The translations under genes were made by a program, and so were the position numbers. A stretch of 64,000 nt of DNA from assembly GCA_017513095.1 (NCBI GenBank), contig JAFWDJ010000022.1, forward strand, positions 44,755 through 108,754, in the 5' to 3' direction. The DNA comes from Clostridia bacterium (lineage in GTDB: Bacteria > Bacillota > Clostridia > Oscillospirales > RGIG577). The notes beneath the pieces were generated by a model. That model was given only the letters and a program-made list of their open reading frames with translations, ran no database searches and was not told where the DNA came from. Position 1 is the stretch's first letter, and each line of letters starts with the position of its first letter. Shown piece by piece: positions 37,253 through 46,577 of the stretch.

Positions 37253-38035
37253 ATGAGAGCCCCGAAAGCAGAAAATAACAGCGATTACTCAAACTGGGTG
37301 GTTTTCGGACGCAACCCCGTAATGGAAATATTAAAAAGCGGACGCGCGGTCGATAAGCTGTTTGTTCAGAAGGGCTCGCGCGAAGGATCGATACAGAAGA
37401 TAATCTCGCTCGCCCGTGAGCGGCGTATCGTGATAAGCGAGGCCGAAAAGCCGAAGCTTGACTCACTTTGTCAAAACGGCGCGCATCAGGGCGTTGTGTG
37501 CTTTTGCGCGGCCAAGGAGTATTCGACTGTTTCCGACATGCTGGATGCGGCGAAACAGCGGGGCGAGGACGCCTTTTTAATACTCTGTGACGAGATAAAC
37601 GACCCGTATAACCTGGGCGCGATAATCCGCACGGCAAACGCCGTGGGCGCGCACGGCGTTATAATACCCAAGCGGCGAAGCGTGGGCCTTTCGGGTGCCG
37701 TCGTAAAGGCGGCGGCGGGCGCGCTTGAATACGTTTCTGTCGCGCGCGTTACTAATCTCGCTTCTACGATAGACGAATTAAAGGACGCGGGCGTATGGAT
37801 CTACGGCTCCGACGCCGACGGCGAGTCTATCCTTACAAAAAAACGCATCACCGGCCCCGCGGCACTCGTAATAGGAAGCGAGGGCGCGGGAATATCGCAG
37901 CTCATACGTAAAAAGTGCGATTATATGCTGTCCATTCCCATGCGGGGGCAGATAAATTCGCTTAACGCGTCCGTTGCGGGCGGCATACTTATGTATGAGA
38001 TTTTAAGAGACAGAATGATTACCGATAAGGAATAA
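37253..38035 (+). CDS. rlmB: 23S rRNA (guanosine-2'-O)-methyltransferase, SpoU/TrmH family (RlmB-like)
   Basis: 260 aa. Contains NDPYNLGAIIRTA, GSEGAGIS and SLNASVA. Confidence 0.88.
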   Translation: MRAPKAENNSDYSNWVVFGRNPVMEILKSGRAVDKLFVQKGSREGSIQKIISLARERRIVISEAEKPKLDSLCQNGAHQGVVCFCAAKEYSTVSDMLDAAKQRGEDAFLILCDEINDPYNLGAIIRTANAVGAHGVIIPKRRSVGLSGAVVKAAAGALEYVSVARVTNLASTIDELKDAGVWIYGSDADGESILTKKRITGPAALVIGSEGAGISQLIRKKCDYMLSIPMRGQINSLNASVAGGILMYEILRDRMITDKE

Positions 38036-38063
38036 AGAAATAACCAAAGGGTGGAATTTTTAT

Positions 38064-41000
38064 ATGGATAAAAAGAAGAACCTCGAGGAAAAGCAGGAAT
38101 TCAGGAATTTAAAGCGTTACGCGGACGCTATAATAAGCCATAACGACGACGATGAGTTTGAAGCCATATTAAAGGAGTTTTCAAGCGACCGCGAGCGTTA
38201 CGAGCGTACCGCGCCGAAGAAGTCGCAGCCGAAGGACGAAAAGCCGCCCGCGGAGCCCAGGCCCGCACGGGAGGAGAAAAGAAGCGCGCCCGAGCCGAGA
38301 GAGACCGTGCGCGAGGAAAGAAGAAGTGCGCCCGTGCCCAAGGCGGAGCCGAAGATTCCCGAAAAGAGCGTGCCCTTCGTTTACGAAAAGCGTCTTGACA
38401 AGAGCGACGTTTACAGTAACGAAATAAAGGAGCATAAGATATCCTTTGAAAACGCGCCGGAGGCCGTGAAGGATTTCGTCGATGAATCCGAGGCGGAGGC
38501 TCAGGACAGAAAGGCCAAGCTTCTCGATATGGCGTTCGGTCCCGCGAGCGCGGACGAGTTCGACGAGGACGCATCCACGGATATCGTGGCTTTTATAGAG
38601 AAAAAGAGCAAAAAGGACCCCTCCGACTACTATGCCGAGATTCTTGCCGAATCCGCAAAGGAGAAGGCGAAGAACGCCGCAAAGGAAAAGGCCATGAGAG
38701 CAAAGGAGGAGGCGGCAGAACATAAGTCCGTTATAGATATAGACATTGACGCGGACGTAAAGACAGCGCCCCCGCTTAAAAAAGAGCCCGCAGCGCCGCC
38801 GCCCGCGCCCGCCGCGTCCCCCGAGGATTTCCCGGAGGGTGTCATAGAAGAAAACGAGTCCGATCTCGTTAAGATGGGTCTTATCGTGGGCGTGAAGAAG
38901 AAGGCTCGGGAGGAAGTGCCCGAGGATACGGCGAATGACGAAGCCGAAGCCGTGCCGGAGAGCGAGGCGCCCGCACCCGAGGAGACGCCCGCAGCCGAAG
39001 AAGCGGCGCCCGAGGAGCCCATGGCCGAAGAAGAGACCGCGCCGACCGAAGAGGAAGGCGAGGCTTTGGCCGCAGAGGAAACGGCCGTGTTCGAGCCGAA
39101 GGCCGACGCACAGGATGCGCAGTCGGGCGAGACGCCTGAAGAGGCGCCGTCCGAAGAAGCCGAAGGCGCAGATGAGGCGCCCGAGACGGAAGGCGTAACC
39201 GACAAGACGATAAGAATAGAGCGTCCCGCCGAGCCCGGACGCGTAAAGAGCGACTGGGACGAGGACGAAGAAGACGAGGACGAATGGGAAGAGTGGGGCG
39301 AGCCCGAGGAGGACCTCGCCGGTGAATTAAAGAAGAAGTTTGAAGACAAGATAGGCTTTATAAAGAAGATACGTCCCGGCTCCGACGCTGAAGCCGGAGG
39401 CGAAGAGGGCGAAGAAGAGACCACGGACGAGGAAGAGGTCGACAGTCAGCAGAGCGAAGTAAACGAAGTTCTCGAGACGTTCGACGACCCCGAACAGGTA
39501 AACGTACAGGCCGACGAATACGACGAGGTCTACGACGTACTTACGGACGACAGCTCACGGTCATGGGTACGCATAATCGTATCGGCCATCGCCTTTGCGC
39601 TGCTTGCGCTCATTGACATATTCGATTTCGCCGGCATCGTTCCGCCCGGCGCGATGGGCACGAACGGCGACAAGATATACGCCGGAGTTGCGATAATCAT
39701 TTTGGCGATAGTTATCATAATGAACATAGACGTTATGAAAAACGGCGCGCGCACGCTGTTTTCAAACGGAAAGCAGCAGGGCGTAAGCTTTGTGTTCCTG
39801 TCTTCCGTTATCGTATCGGCGCACGCGGTCTATTCGTTCATAAGATGCCTTATGGTGGGAGAGGCGTTCACGTCCTACGCATCCGTAGTGGCTCTTGCGA
39901 TGCTTCTTTACGGCATAGGACGAAGGGTATACGACAGTACGCACATCAAGAACTTTGAAGCGATTTATGAAGCCGGAAGCGGCATAATGGAAGTTAAGAG
40001 CGTGGCCGACGGAGAGCTTACGAAGATCACGAGCAAATTCTCAACGCTGGGCAAAAACTTCTATTATAAGAATAACGCCCTTACGACCGGCGGATTTTTG
40101 GAGTACGCAAGAGGCGGCGAACGCGAGACGTCGCTTGGCAGCCGCATGACGAGCATAATACTTGCCGTTTCGGTGGTATGCTTCATCTTCGTTGCGGTAA
40201 TCTTAGGTCAGCGCGGCGGATTTGAAAGATGGTTCGGCCTTCTCGCCGCGGTATTCGCGATGGTGCTGCCCTCGATGTTCGAGTTTACGGGCGCGCTCGT
40301 ATTTGCGCGCTCCACGTCAAACGCGCGCAAGCAGGGCGCCGTAATAAGCGGCTCGGTCTGCGCGTCGAAGTACAGCGAGATGGAAGCGGTGCTGCTTGAC
40401 GACAGCGATATTTTCAGACGCGGCACCGTGCTCATAAAGAGCTTAAAGATTGTCGACAAGGACGTTATAACGAACATCCTGCCCGACGTTGCAAGCATTT
40501 TCGTAACGATAGACAGCCCCGCAAAGTATGCCTTTATGGACATAATCGACCATAAGGAGGAAATGCTCAAGCCCGTAAGCTTCTATGAGAGGATAGACGG
40601 CGAGGGACTTTTGGCGCTCGTTGACGGCGCGAAGATACTTCTCGGCAACCGTGACTTTATGGTAAGCCAGGGCGTAATACCCGCGTCGTATCCGGAGAAG
40701 TTCTTTAAAGAGGGCAAGGCGCGCTTCAATATGTACGTTGCGCTCGACGGAAAGCTCGTATGCGTATTCTCGATGGCGTATCTTCTCGATATCCACGCGG
40801 GCGAGGCGCTTATGAAGCTTGAAAGAGAGGACGTAAAGAGCGTTATAGCGACGTTCGACCCGAATCTTACGGAGCACGGCCTTAAGAATCTTTTCGACAT
40901 AACCGAGGGCGACAGCTTAAAGCTCATGCATCCGCAGGATATAATGAAGTTCAAGGAGCTTTTGTCCACGTCCGACCAGATAGGCAGAAGCGGCATGTAT

Positions 41001-41234
41001 CTTACGAAGCAGAGCGTGCTTTCGTTCACCGCGCTTGTGGGCGCGCTCAAGTCGATAAGATTTGCAACGCATATGAACAAGGTGTTTATGATGGCGGCTA
41101 TGATAGGCGCGCCGATACTGCTTACGCTCATCGCGATGTTCAACGGCATGACGCACATATCGCCGTTTATAATCATCCTGCTTCAGCTTTTGTGGAATAT
41201 CCCCGTATGGATAAATTCCGCGTTCGCAAAATAA
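38064..41234 (+). CDS. large membrane protein: ~500-aa acidic disordered N-terminus + degenerate P1B-type ATPase-like core
   Basis: 1056 aa. The N-terminal half is Glu/Asp/Lys/Pro/Ala-rich. From ~aa 505 there are multiple TM helices and a cytoplasmic region colinear with heavy-metal P-type ATPases, but with the catalytic motifs replaced (see finding). Confidence 0.7.
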   Translation: MDKKKNLEEKQEFRNLKRYADAIISHNDDDEFEAILKEFSSDRERYERTAPKKSQPKDEKPPAEPRPAREEKRSAPEPRETVREERRSAPVPKAEPKIPEKSVPFVYEKRLDKSDVYSNEIKEHKISFENAPEAVKDFVDESEAEAQDRKAKLLDMAFGPASADEFDEDASTDIVAFIEKKSKKDPSDYYAEILAESAKEKAKNAAKEKAMRAKEEAAEHKSVIDIDIDADVKTAPPLKKEPAAPPPAPAASPEDFPEGVIEENESDLVKMGLIVGVKKKAREEVPEDTANDEAEAVPESEAPAPEETPAAEEAAPEEPMAEEETAPTEEEGEALAAEETAVFEPKADAQDAQSGETPEEAPSEEAEGADEAPETEGVTDKTIRIERPAEPGRVKSDWDEDEEDEDEWEEWGEPEEDLAGELKKKFEDKIGFIKKIRPGSDAEAGGEEGEEETTDEEEVDSQQSEVNEVLETFDDPEQVNVQADEYDEVYDVLTDDSSRSWVRIIVSAIAFALLALIDIFDFAGIVPPGAMGTNGDKIYAGVAIIILAIVIIMNIDVMKNGARTLFSNGKQQGVSFVFLSSVIVSAHAVYSFIRCLMVGEAFTSYASVVALAMLLYGIGRRVYDSTHIKNFEAIYEAGSGIMEVKSVADGELTKITSKFSTLGKNFYYKNNALTTGGFLEYARGGERETSLGSRMTSIILAVSVVCFIFVAVILGQRGGFERWFGLLAAVFAMVLPSMFEFTGALVFARSTSNARKQGAVISGSVCASKYSEMEAVLLDDSDIFRRGTVLIKSLKIVDKDVITNILPDVASIFVTIDSPAKYAFMDIIDHKEEMLKPVSFYERIDGEGLLALVDGAKILLGNRDFMVSQGVIPASYPEKFFKEGKARFNMYVALDGKLVCVFSMAYLLDIHAGEALMKLEREDVKSVIATFDPNLTEHGLKNLFDITEGDSLKLMHPQDIMKFKELLSTSDQIGRSGMYLTKQSVLSFTALVGALKSIRFATHMNKVFMMAAMIGAPILLTLIAMFNGMTHISPFIIILLQLLWNIPVWINSAFAK

Positions 41235-41252
41235 AATATTAAAAGCACACAA

Positions 41253-41285
41253 GGAAAGCAGGGCATGCCCTGCTTTCGCTTTTAC
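41253..41285 (+). terminator. rho-independent terminator
   Basis: Palindrome GAAAGCAGGGC/GCCCTGCTTTC followed by GCTTTT. Confidence 0.6.
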
Positions 41286-41315
41286 ATAAGTAAAAATATA
41301 AAGGAGGAAAAAAGC

Positions 41316-41906
41316 ATGGACGCATTTGAGCTTATGAGAACGCGAAGAAGCACGAGAAAATATAAGGCCGCGCCCCTTGAAGATGCGCTTCTTGAAAAAA
41401 TCATCGAGGCGGGACGCTACGCGCCCAGCGGCAGCAACAGCCAGAGCACGCATTTTATCGTGATAAAGGACCGCACCGTAAGGGGGGAGCTTTCGCGGCT
41501 CGTAAGAGAGCAGTTTTCCCTGTGGGAGACGAAGCCCGGCATGTACCGCGCCATGGCGCACGCCATAACCGCCTCGAAGAGCGGCGATTATACGTTCCAT
41601 TACAATGCGCCGGTGCTTGTCGTTCTGGCCAATAAAAAGGATTACACGAACAACCTTGCCGACTGCGTGCTTGCGGCCGAGAACATGATGCTCATGGCAA
41701 ATGAGCTCGATTTGGGAAGCTGCTATATAAATCAATTAAAGTGGCTGGGTGAGAACGACGTTATAAACGAATATCTGATATCCATAGGCATGAAGCCCGA
41801 CGAGCGCGTATACGTCGCCGTCGCGCTGGGATATGCCGATACCGAAGACGGCCTGCCCGTGCGCGAGCCGCTGCCCCGCAAGGGCAATCCCGTAACGGTA
41901 GTCTGA
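41316..41906 (+). CDS. nitroreductase family protein
   Basis: The ATG at 41316 follows AAGGAGGA. Contains RRSTRKY and APSGSNSQ. Confidence 0.88.
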   Translation: MDAFELMRTRRSTRKYKAAPLEDALLEKIIEAGRYAPSGSNSQSTHFIVIKDRTVRGELSRLVREQFSLWETKPGMYRAMAHAITASKSGDYTFHYNAPVLVVLANKKDYTNNLADCVLAAENMMLMANELDLGSCYINQLKWLGENDVINEYLISIGMKPDERVYVAVALGYADTEDGLPVREPLPRKGNPVTVV

Positions 41907-41934
41907 CGCAAAAATAAGTTTAAGGAGAATTACT

Positions 41935-42672
41935 ATGGCAGACAGCAGAGCAGCTATAAAAAAGACGAAAAAGCTCTACGACGAGGTGCTGGAGCTTCTT
42001 TTGGAGCGCGACAGGATGACGTATTTTGACAGCAAGGCGCTTCAGCTTCGCTATAACGAGGCTACGGAGGGTCTCTCGCTTAAGCTTCAGCGGCTTCAGA
42101 TAGATATGATAAAGCTTCAATACGTCCTTGCCGCCGTACAGGAGGGCACCGATCGCGGGGAGGCCGAAAGACGCGCCGACGAGGAGCTTTTGCAGGACGA
42201 GCTTTTCTATGAGATGCAAAGGCAGCTCAAAAATCCGCGCGATCTCCTTTCCGAGGACGAGTGCGAGGAGCTTGACGAGATTTACTCGGAGCTTCTTACG
42301 ATACTTAACCCCGATTTAAACCCCTGTCAGACGCTCGACACGGCAAGCCTGTTTATCTCGGCCTCGTCGGCGTATGAATACTGCAGAAAGGACGACCTTA
42401 GAGCCATTCTTGACGAGGCGCGAAAGTTCAAAACGCCCGATTATGAAGCCATGAGCGACTCCGAGCATGCACAGCGGCAGAAGGACCTTAAAACGGCGCG
42501 CGGTCAGATACGCACGATGATAGAGGAGATAGAGGACGAGTTCCCGTTCGATAAGGAGGAAATCTTAGACGACGAGGACGAGCTTGCCGCGGAAAAAGAG
42601 CGCCTTTTAAAGTCCGTTGAAACGGTTGGCGATATGATAGAGACGTGCCGCCGGATGCTTGAAGAGGCGTAA
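41935..42672 (+). CDS. acidic coiled-coil protein with a degenerate J-like domain (NPD instead of HPD)
   Basis: 245 aa with a TAAGGAGA RBS. The central segment ELDEIYSELLTILNPDLNP...FISASSAYEYCRKDDLRAIL parallels J-domain helices II-III. Confidence 0.6.
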   Translation: MADSRAAIKKTKKLYDEVLELLLERDRMTYFDSKALQLRYNEATEGLSLKLQRLQIDMIKLQYVLAAVQEGTDRGEAERRADEELLQDELFYEMQRQLKNPRDLLSEDECEELDEIYSELLTILNPDLNPCQTLDTASLFISASSAYEYCRKDDLRAILDEARKFKTPDYEAMSDSEHAQRQKDLKTARGQIRTMIEEIEDEFPFDKEEILDDEDELAAEKERLLKSVETVGDMIETCRRMLEEA

Positions 42673-43222
42673 GCCGGATTTGGAGGAGGATACTTTGGAA
42701 GTAAAGCTTGTTTCACTTTCGCCGGACGACAGGGAGCGCTTCATCCGCGACAATCAGGATGCCTTCAACTACGGCGCGCTTGTGGAGTTCGGAAAAAGAG
42801 ACGATCACTTTGAAGAGGACGGCGAGATAATATCGAGGGAGACGATAGACGCGGCCATTCGCGGCGGCGAGGCGTACCGCATCGTTCGTGACGGCAAAAA
42901 GGTCGGAGGCGCGGTGATAAGGACGGACGGCGAACGCGGCGACCTTGAGCTTCTGTTCGTTTCGCCCGAGGTCCACGGCGAGGGCATAGGATACGCGGCA
43001 TGGCGCGAAATAGAGCGGCTTCACCCCGAGGTGAAGGTTTGGGAGACCGTCACGCCGTATTTTGAGAAGCGCAACATTCATTTTTATGTAAACCGATGCG
43101 GATTTCACATCGTCGAGTTCTTCTGCAGCCGTCATCCCGATCCAAACGACCGCGACGGGACAAACCCCGACGCGGACGGACTTTTCGAGGACGGTATGTT
43201 CAGATTTGAAAAAAGGATATAG
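42659..43222 (+). CDS. GNAT family N-acetyltransferase
   Basis: The acetyltransferase core is LELLFVSPEVHGEGIGYAAW. The start is uncertain: the track uses TTG at 42659, while a TTG at 42695 lies downstream of GGAGGAGGA. Confidence 0.75.
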   Translation: MKRRKPDLEEDTLEVKLVSLSPDDRERFIRDNQDAFNYGALVEFGKRDDHFEEDGEIISRETIDAAIRGGEAYRIVRDGKKVGGAVIRTDGERGDLELLFVSPEVHGEGIGYAAWREIERLHPEVKVWETVTPYFEKRNIHFYVNRCGFHIVEFFCSRHPDPNDRDGTNPDADGLFEDGMFRFEKRI

Positions 43223-43381
43223 AAAAGTCTGCATATAAATACTGACTTTTTGACAAAAACATAGCAAATTTGTATTTTTATAAAATGTTTCATTGTAATT
43301 ATCGATGAAATACGATATATTCAAAATAGAGTTGAGATATATCGTTTAGGCTTGGTTTAATCTAATAAGAGGAGGACGAAA

Positions 43382-44527
43382 ATGGAAATCTTTAATACAC
43401 CAGCTGATTTTGTTCAGAAGCTCATTGATAGAATTCATGAAGAAGATGTAGAGCTTGAAACGCTTAACGTGATGATTTTAGGCAAAACCGGGGTTGGAAA
43501 AAGCACGCTCGTCAATAATATGTTCAGAGAGAAAGTGGCGGAAATCGGAGTCGGAAAACCTGTTACGGATAAAATCCGCCAATATGTAAAGCCGGATTTC
43601 CCTTTAACGATTTATGATACTCCAGGATTGGAACTGGGCGGCGAAAACACCATAGAAAAGCTTCTTGAAGAAGCCATCGGCGTAATAAAGCAAGGAATAA
43701 AAAGCGGTGAAATCGGTAAAGCCATTCATTGCATCTGGTATTGCGTCAGCACTCCGTCACATAGGTTTGAGCAATCAGAGGTGGAATTCCTTAAACGATT
43801 TCTTGATGAAACCGAATACTTTAATGTTCCCGTTATAGTTGTCTTGACGCAGTCATATAGCAAGAAGGATGCTGATGAACTGAAAAAAGAGATTGAAAAA
43901 GAAAACTTAAAGATTGTCAACGTTGTTCCGGTACTTGCCGAGGATTATTACTTTGATGATGAAGACCCGCCGAAAAAAGCATTTGGCCTTGACACATTAT
44001 CTGAGATAATGTGTTCCGTCATCCCTGAAGCAGTCCAAAAAACTTTTGTTGCCGTACAGTGTGTCAGTTTAGAACTAAAAAAATCAAAGGCGCGGGCCGC
44101 GGTCAAAGCAGCCGTAGCGGGAAGTTTCGCTGAGGGGTTTGCCCCGCTCCCTTTTGCCGACGCAGCAATGTTGATTCCGACTCAGGTGGGAATGATAGCC
44201 GGAATAACAGTGATCTTCGGTCTGGATATTAATAAGAGTTTCTTGACTTCATTTGTTACTGCAACAATAGGAAGCGCCGGGGCCACTGTGCTCGGAAGGA
44301 CAATCGTTTCAAATCTTGTGAAGCTGATTCCCGGCGTAGGAACTGCGGCAGGCGGCGTTATTTCCGGTGCTACAGCAGGTTTGCTGACCATCGCATTGGG
44401 CGAAGCATACATAAGAATAATGGAGATGGTCTATAAAGGAGAGATCAGAAAAGAAGAACTTTACTCAGAAGAGGGTAAAGATATAATGAAGCAGCTTTTC
44501 CAAAATGAACTAAAAAAGAAAAGATAA
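43382..44527 (+). CDS. P-loop GTPase fused to a DUF697-like Gly/Ala-rich membrane-associated C-terminal domain
   Basis: 381 aa with an AAGAGGAGG RBS. G1 is GKTGVGKST and G3 is DTPG. There is no canonical NKxD (LTQSY sits at that position). The C-terminus is AAVAGSFAEGFAPLPFADAAMLIPTQVGMIAGI...GAAGGVISGATAG. The gene is AT-rich relative to its flanks. Confidence 0.75.
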   Translation: MEIFNTPADFVQKLIDRIHEEDVELETLNVMILGKTGVGKSTLVNNMFREKVAEIGVGKPVTDKIRQYVKPDFPLTIYDTPGLELGGENTIEKLLEEAIGVIKQGIKSGEIGKAIHCIWYCVSTPSHRFEQSEVEFLKRFLDETEYFNVPVIVVLTQSYSKKDADELKKEIEKENLKIVNVVPVLAEDYYFDDEDPPKKAFGLDTLSEIMCSVIPEAVQKTFVAVQCVSLELKKSKARAAVKAAVAGSFAEGFAPLPFADAAMLIPTQVGMIAGITVIFGLDINKSFLTSFVTATIGSAGATVLGRTIVSNLVKLIPGVGTAAGGVISGATAGLLTIALGEAYIRIMEMVYKGEIRKEELYSEEGKDIMKQLFQNELKKKR

Positions 44528-44534
44528 CAAAAAG

Positions 44535-44576
44535 GCTCCCGGCCACCGGTGACAAACCGATGCTCGGGAGCTTTCT
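44535..44576 (+). terminator. possible terminator hairpin
   Basis: Stem GCTCCCG/CGGGAGC with a long 23-nt loop, then TTTCT. Confidence 0.4.
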
Positions 44577-44614
44577 CATTGTCCGGTTACGCCTTCAAAC
44601 GCGGCGTCCGTTTT

Positions 44615-45307
44615 TTATCTCAATATAAGAGTGATTATCCCCACCATCACGGGCTGGTGAATAAGATAAATAATCAGTGCGTGGCGGCCGACGAAGTCGA
44701 GCGGGCGCGCGTGCACGCGCATTAAAAACGTCGAGACCTTCTCGCCGCCAAGATACGGCGTAAGCGACGTGCCGAACAGGAAAAGAAACAGATTCGGCAG
44801 AAGCGGATAATAGTCGCTCGATACGAAGGCCGCATCGGTAAATCCGAATGCGTAAAGATGCGGCACGCTCACCGTGGGAAGCTTTATGACGAGCAGTATT
44901 ACAAACGCCGCCATGAATACAAACGGCGCGTACGGCACGCGGTCGATGTATTTTTTAAATACCGCGTAAATGAGCGCCGAAAAGCCAAGGCAGTGGAGCA
45001 CGCCGAACACGACGTATTCGTGCGGGTCGAAAAAGTACGTTGCGGCCGTGACAAGGTACGCCGCCGCTACGGTTATTAGCGCGCGCCGCAGTCTGTTTTT
45101 GCTTAAGTTCTGCGATATGCCGCTCACCGTAAGAAACACCGTCACGATGCTCATGCGCCAGACCTCGAACGGCAGTGTGCCAATCCCTAACGGATATATC
45201 CCGAAGTCGTATATATCGAAGGCGAGATGATAAAATATCATCGAGATCACGGAAAAGCCGCGCAGCGAATCAAGAAACAAAAGGCGCTCTTTATTGTTTT
45301 CAGCCAT
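44615..45307 (-). CDS. DUF1624 (heparan-alpha-glucosaminide N-acetyltransferase-like) membrane acyltransferase
   Basis: 230 aa polytopic membrane protein. The N-terminus is FLDSLRGFSVISMIFYHLAFD. Confidence 0.75.
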   Translation of the reverse strand: MAENNKERLLFLDSLRGFSVISMIFYHLAFDIYDFGIYPLGIGTLPFEVWRMSIVTVFLTVSGISQNLSKNRLRRALITVAAAYLVTAATYFFDPHEYVVFGVLHCLGFSALIYAVFKKYIDRVPYAPFVFMAAFVILLVIKLPTVSVPHLYAFGFTDAAFVSSDYYPLLPNLFLFLFGTSLTPYLGGEKVSTFLMRVHARPLDFVGRHALIIYLIHQPVMVGIITLILR

Positions 45308-45308
45308 A

Positions 45309-46403
45309 TTATACGTTGAACCTGAAAAGGATAACGTCGCCGTCTTTTACCTCGTATTCCTTGCCCTCGCTTCGAACGAGGCCCTTTTCCTTCGCGGCGG
45401 CGCTTCCGCCCAGGGTCACAAGGTCATCGTAGGAGACCACCTCGGCGCGGATGAAGCCGCGCTCAAAGTCGCTGTGTATCTTGCCTGCGGCCTGCGGCGC
45501 CTTCGTGCCGCGCTTTATAGTCCACGCCCTCGTTTCGTCGGGACCCGTCGTAAGGAAGCTTATAAGCCCCAAAAGCGAATAGCACGCGCGAACGAGCGCG
45601 TCAAGGCCCGATTCCTTTATGCCGAGCTCTTCAAGGAACATCATGCGCTCGTCGGGCTCAAGCCCCTGTATTTCCTCCTCGAGGCGGGCGCAGACGGGCA
45701 GAACTATCGTATGCTCGCTTTCCGCAAGCGCCTTTACCTTCTGAAAATGCGGATTATTCGTATATCCGCCCTTGAAGTCGTCCTCGCTCATGTTCGCGGC
45801 GTAGATGACGGGCTTTAAGCTGAGAAGCGGGATATTCCTCATTATCTCCCACTCCTTTTCGGAAAAATCGATGCTCTTTGCCGATCTGCCCTCGTTTAGC
45901 ACGCCGTTCACGCGCTCCAAAAGGTCAAGCTCGAACTGAAGGCTCTTGTCGCCCTTCATAGCTTTTTTCGTGCGGTCGATGCGGCGGTCTATCATCTCGA
46001 TGTCGGAGAATATAAGCTCCAGGTTTATCGTTTCTATATCGCGAAGCGGGTCGATGCTGCCGTCGACGTGGACGATATTAGTATCCTCAAAGCAGCGCAC
46101 GACGTGAACTATCGCGTCCACCTCGCGTATGTGCGACAAAAACTTGTTTCCCAGTCCCTCGCCGCGGCTCGCGCCCTTAACGAGGCCCGCGATGTCGACG
46201 AATTCTATCGTCGCGGGCACGGTCTTTTTCGAGGCGTACATTTTCGTAAGCACCGAGAGGCGCTCGTCGGGCACGGCCACTATGCCCACGTTCGGGTCGA
46301 TGGTGCAGAAGGGGTAATTTGCCGACTGCGCGCCCGCGTTCGTTATCGCGTTGAAAAGCGTTGACTTTCCCACGTTGGGAAGGCCTACTATGCCTAATTT
46401 CAT
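45309..46403 (-). CDS. ychF: redox-regulated ribosome-binding ATPase YchF
   Basis: 364 aa. Contains GIVGLPNVGKSTLFNA, DIAGLV and a C-terminal TGS domain. Confidence 0.94.
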   Translation of the reverse strand: MKLGIVGLPNVGKSTLFNAITNAGAQSANYPFCTIDPNVGIVAVPDERLSVLTKMYASKKTVPATIEFVDIAGLVKGASRGEGLGNKFLSHIREVDAIVHVVRCFEDTNIVHVDGSIDPLRDIETINLELIFSDIEMIDRRIDRTKKAMKGDKSLQFELDLLERVNGVLNEGRSAKSIDFSEKEWEIMRNIPLLSLKPVIYAANMSEDDFKGGYTNNPHFQKVKALAESEHTIVLPVCARLEEEIQGLEPDERMMFLEELGIKESGLDALVRACYSLLGLISFLTTGPDETRAWTIKRGTKAPQAAGKIHSDFERGFIRAEVVSYDDLVTLGGSAAAKEKGLVRSEGKEYEVKDGDVILFRFNV

Positions 46404-46577
46404 ATATCATCATTTCCTTTTTCGGTATTTTATCGTTTGATGTATATTATAATTGCAAATCGCGAAGTTGGCAACCGAAAATTTTTCGTAAAAGCTGTTA
46501 TGCGCGGCGGATTTGTGGTACAATTATCTTGCGGCAGTGTTTTTTATCATCATGGACAAAGGAGGCAGCGATACGAT

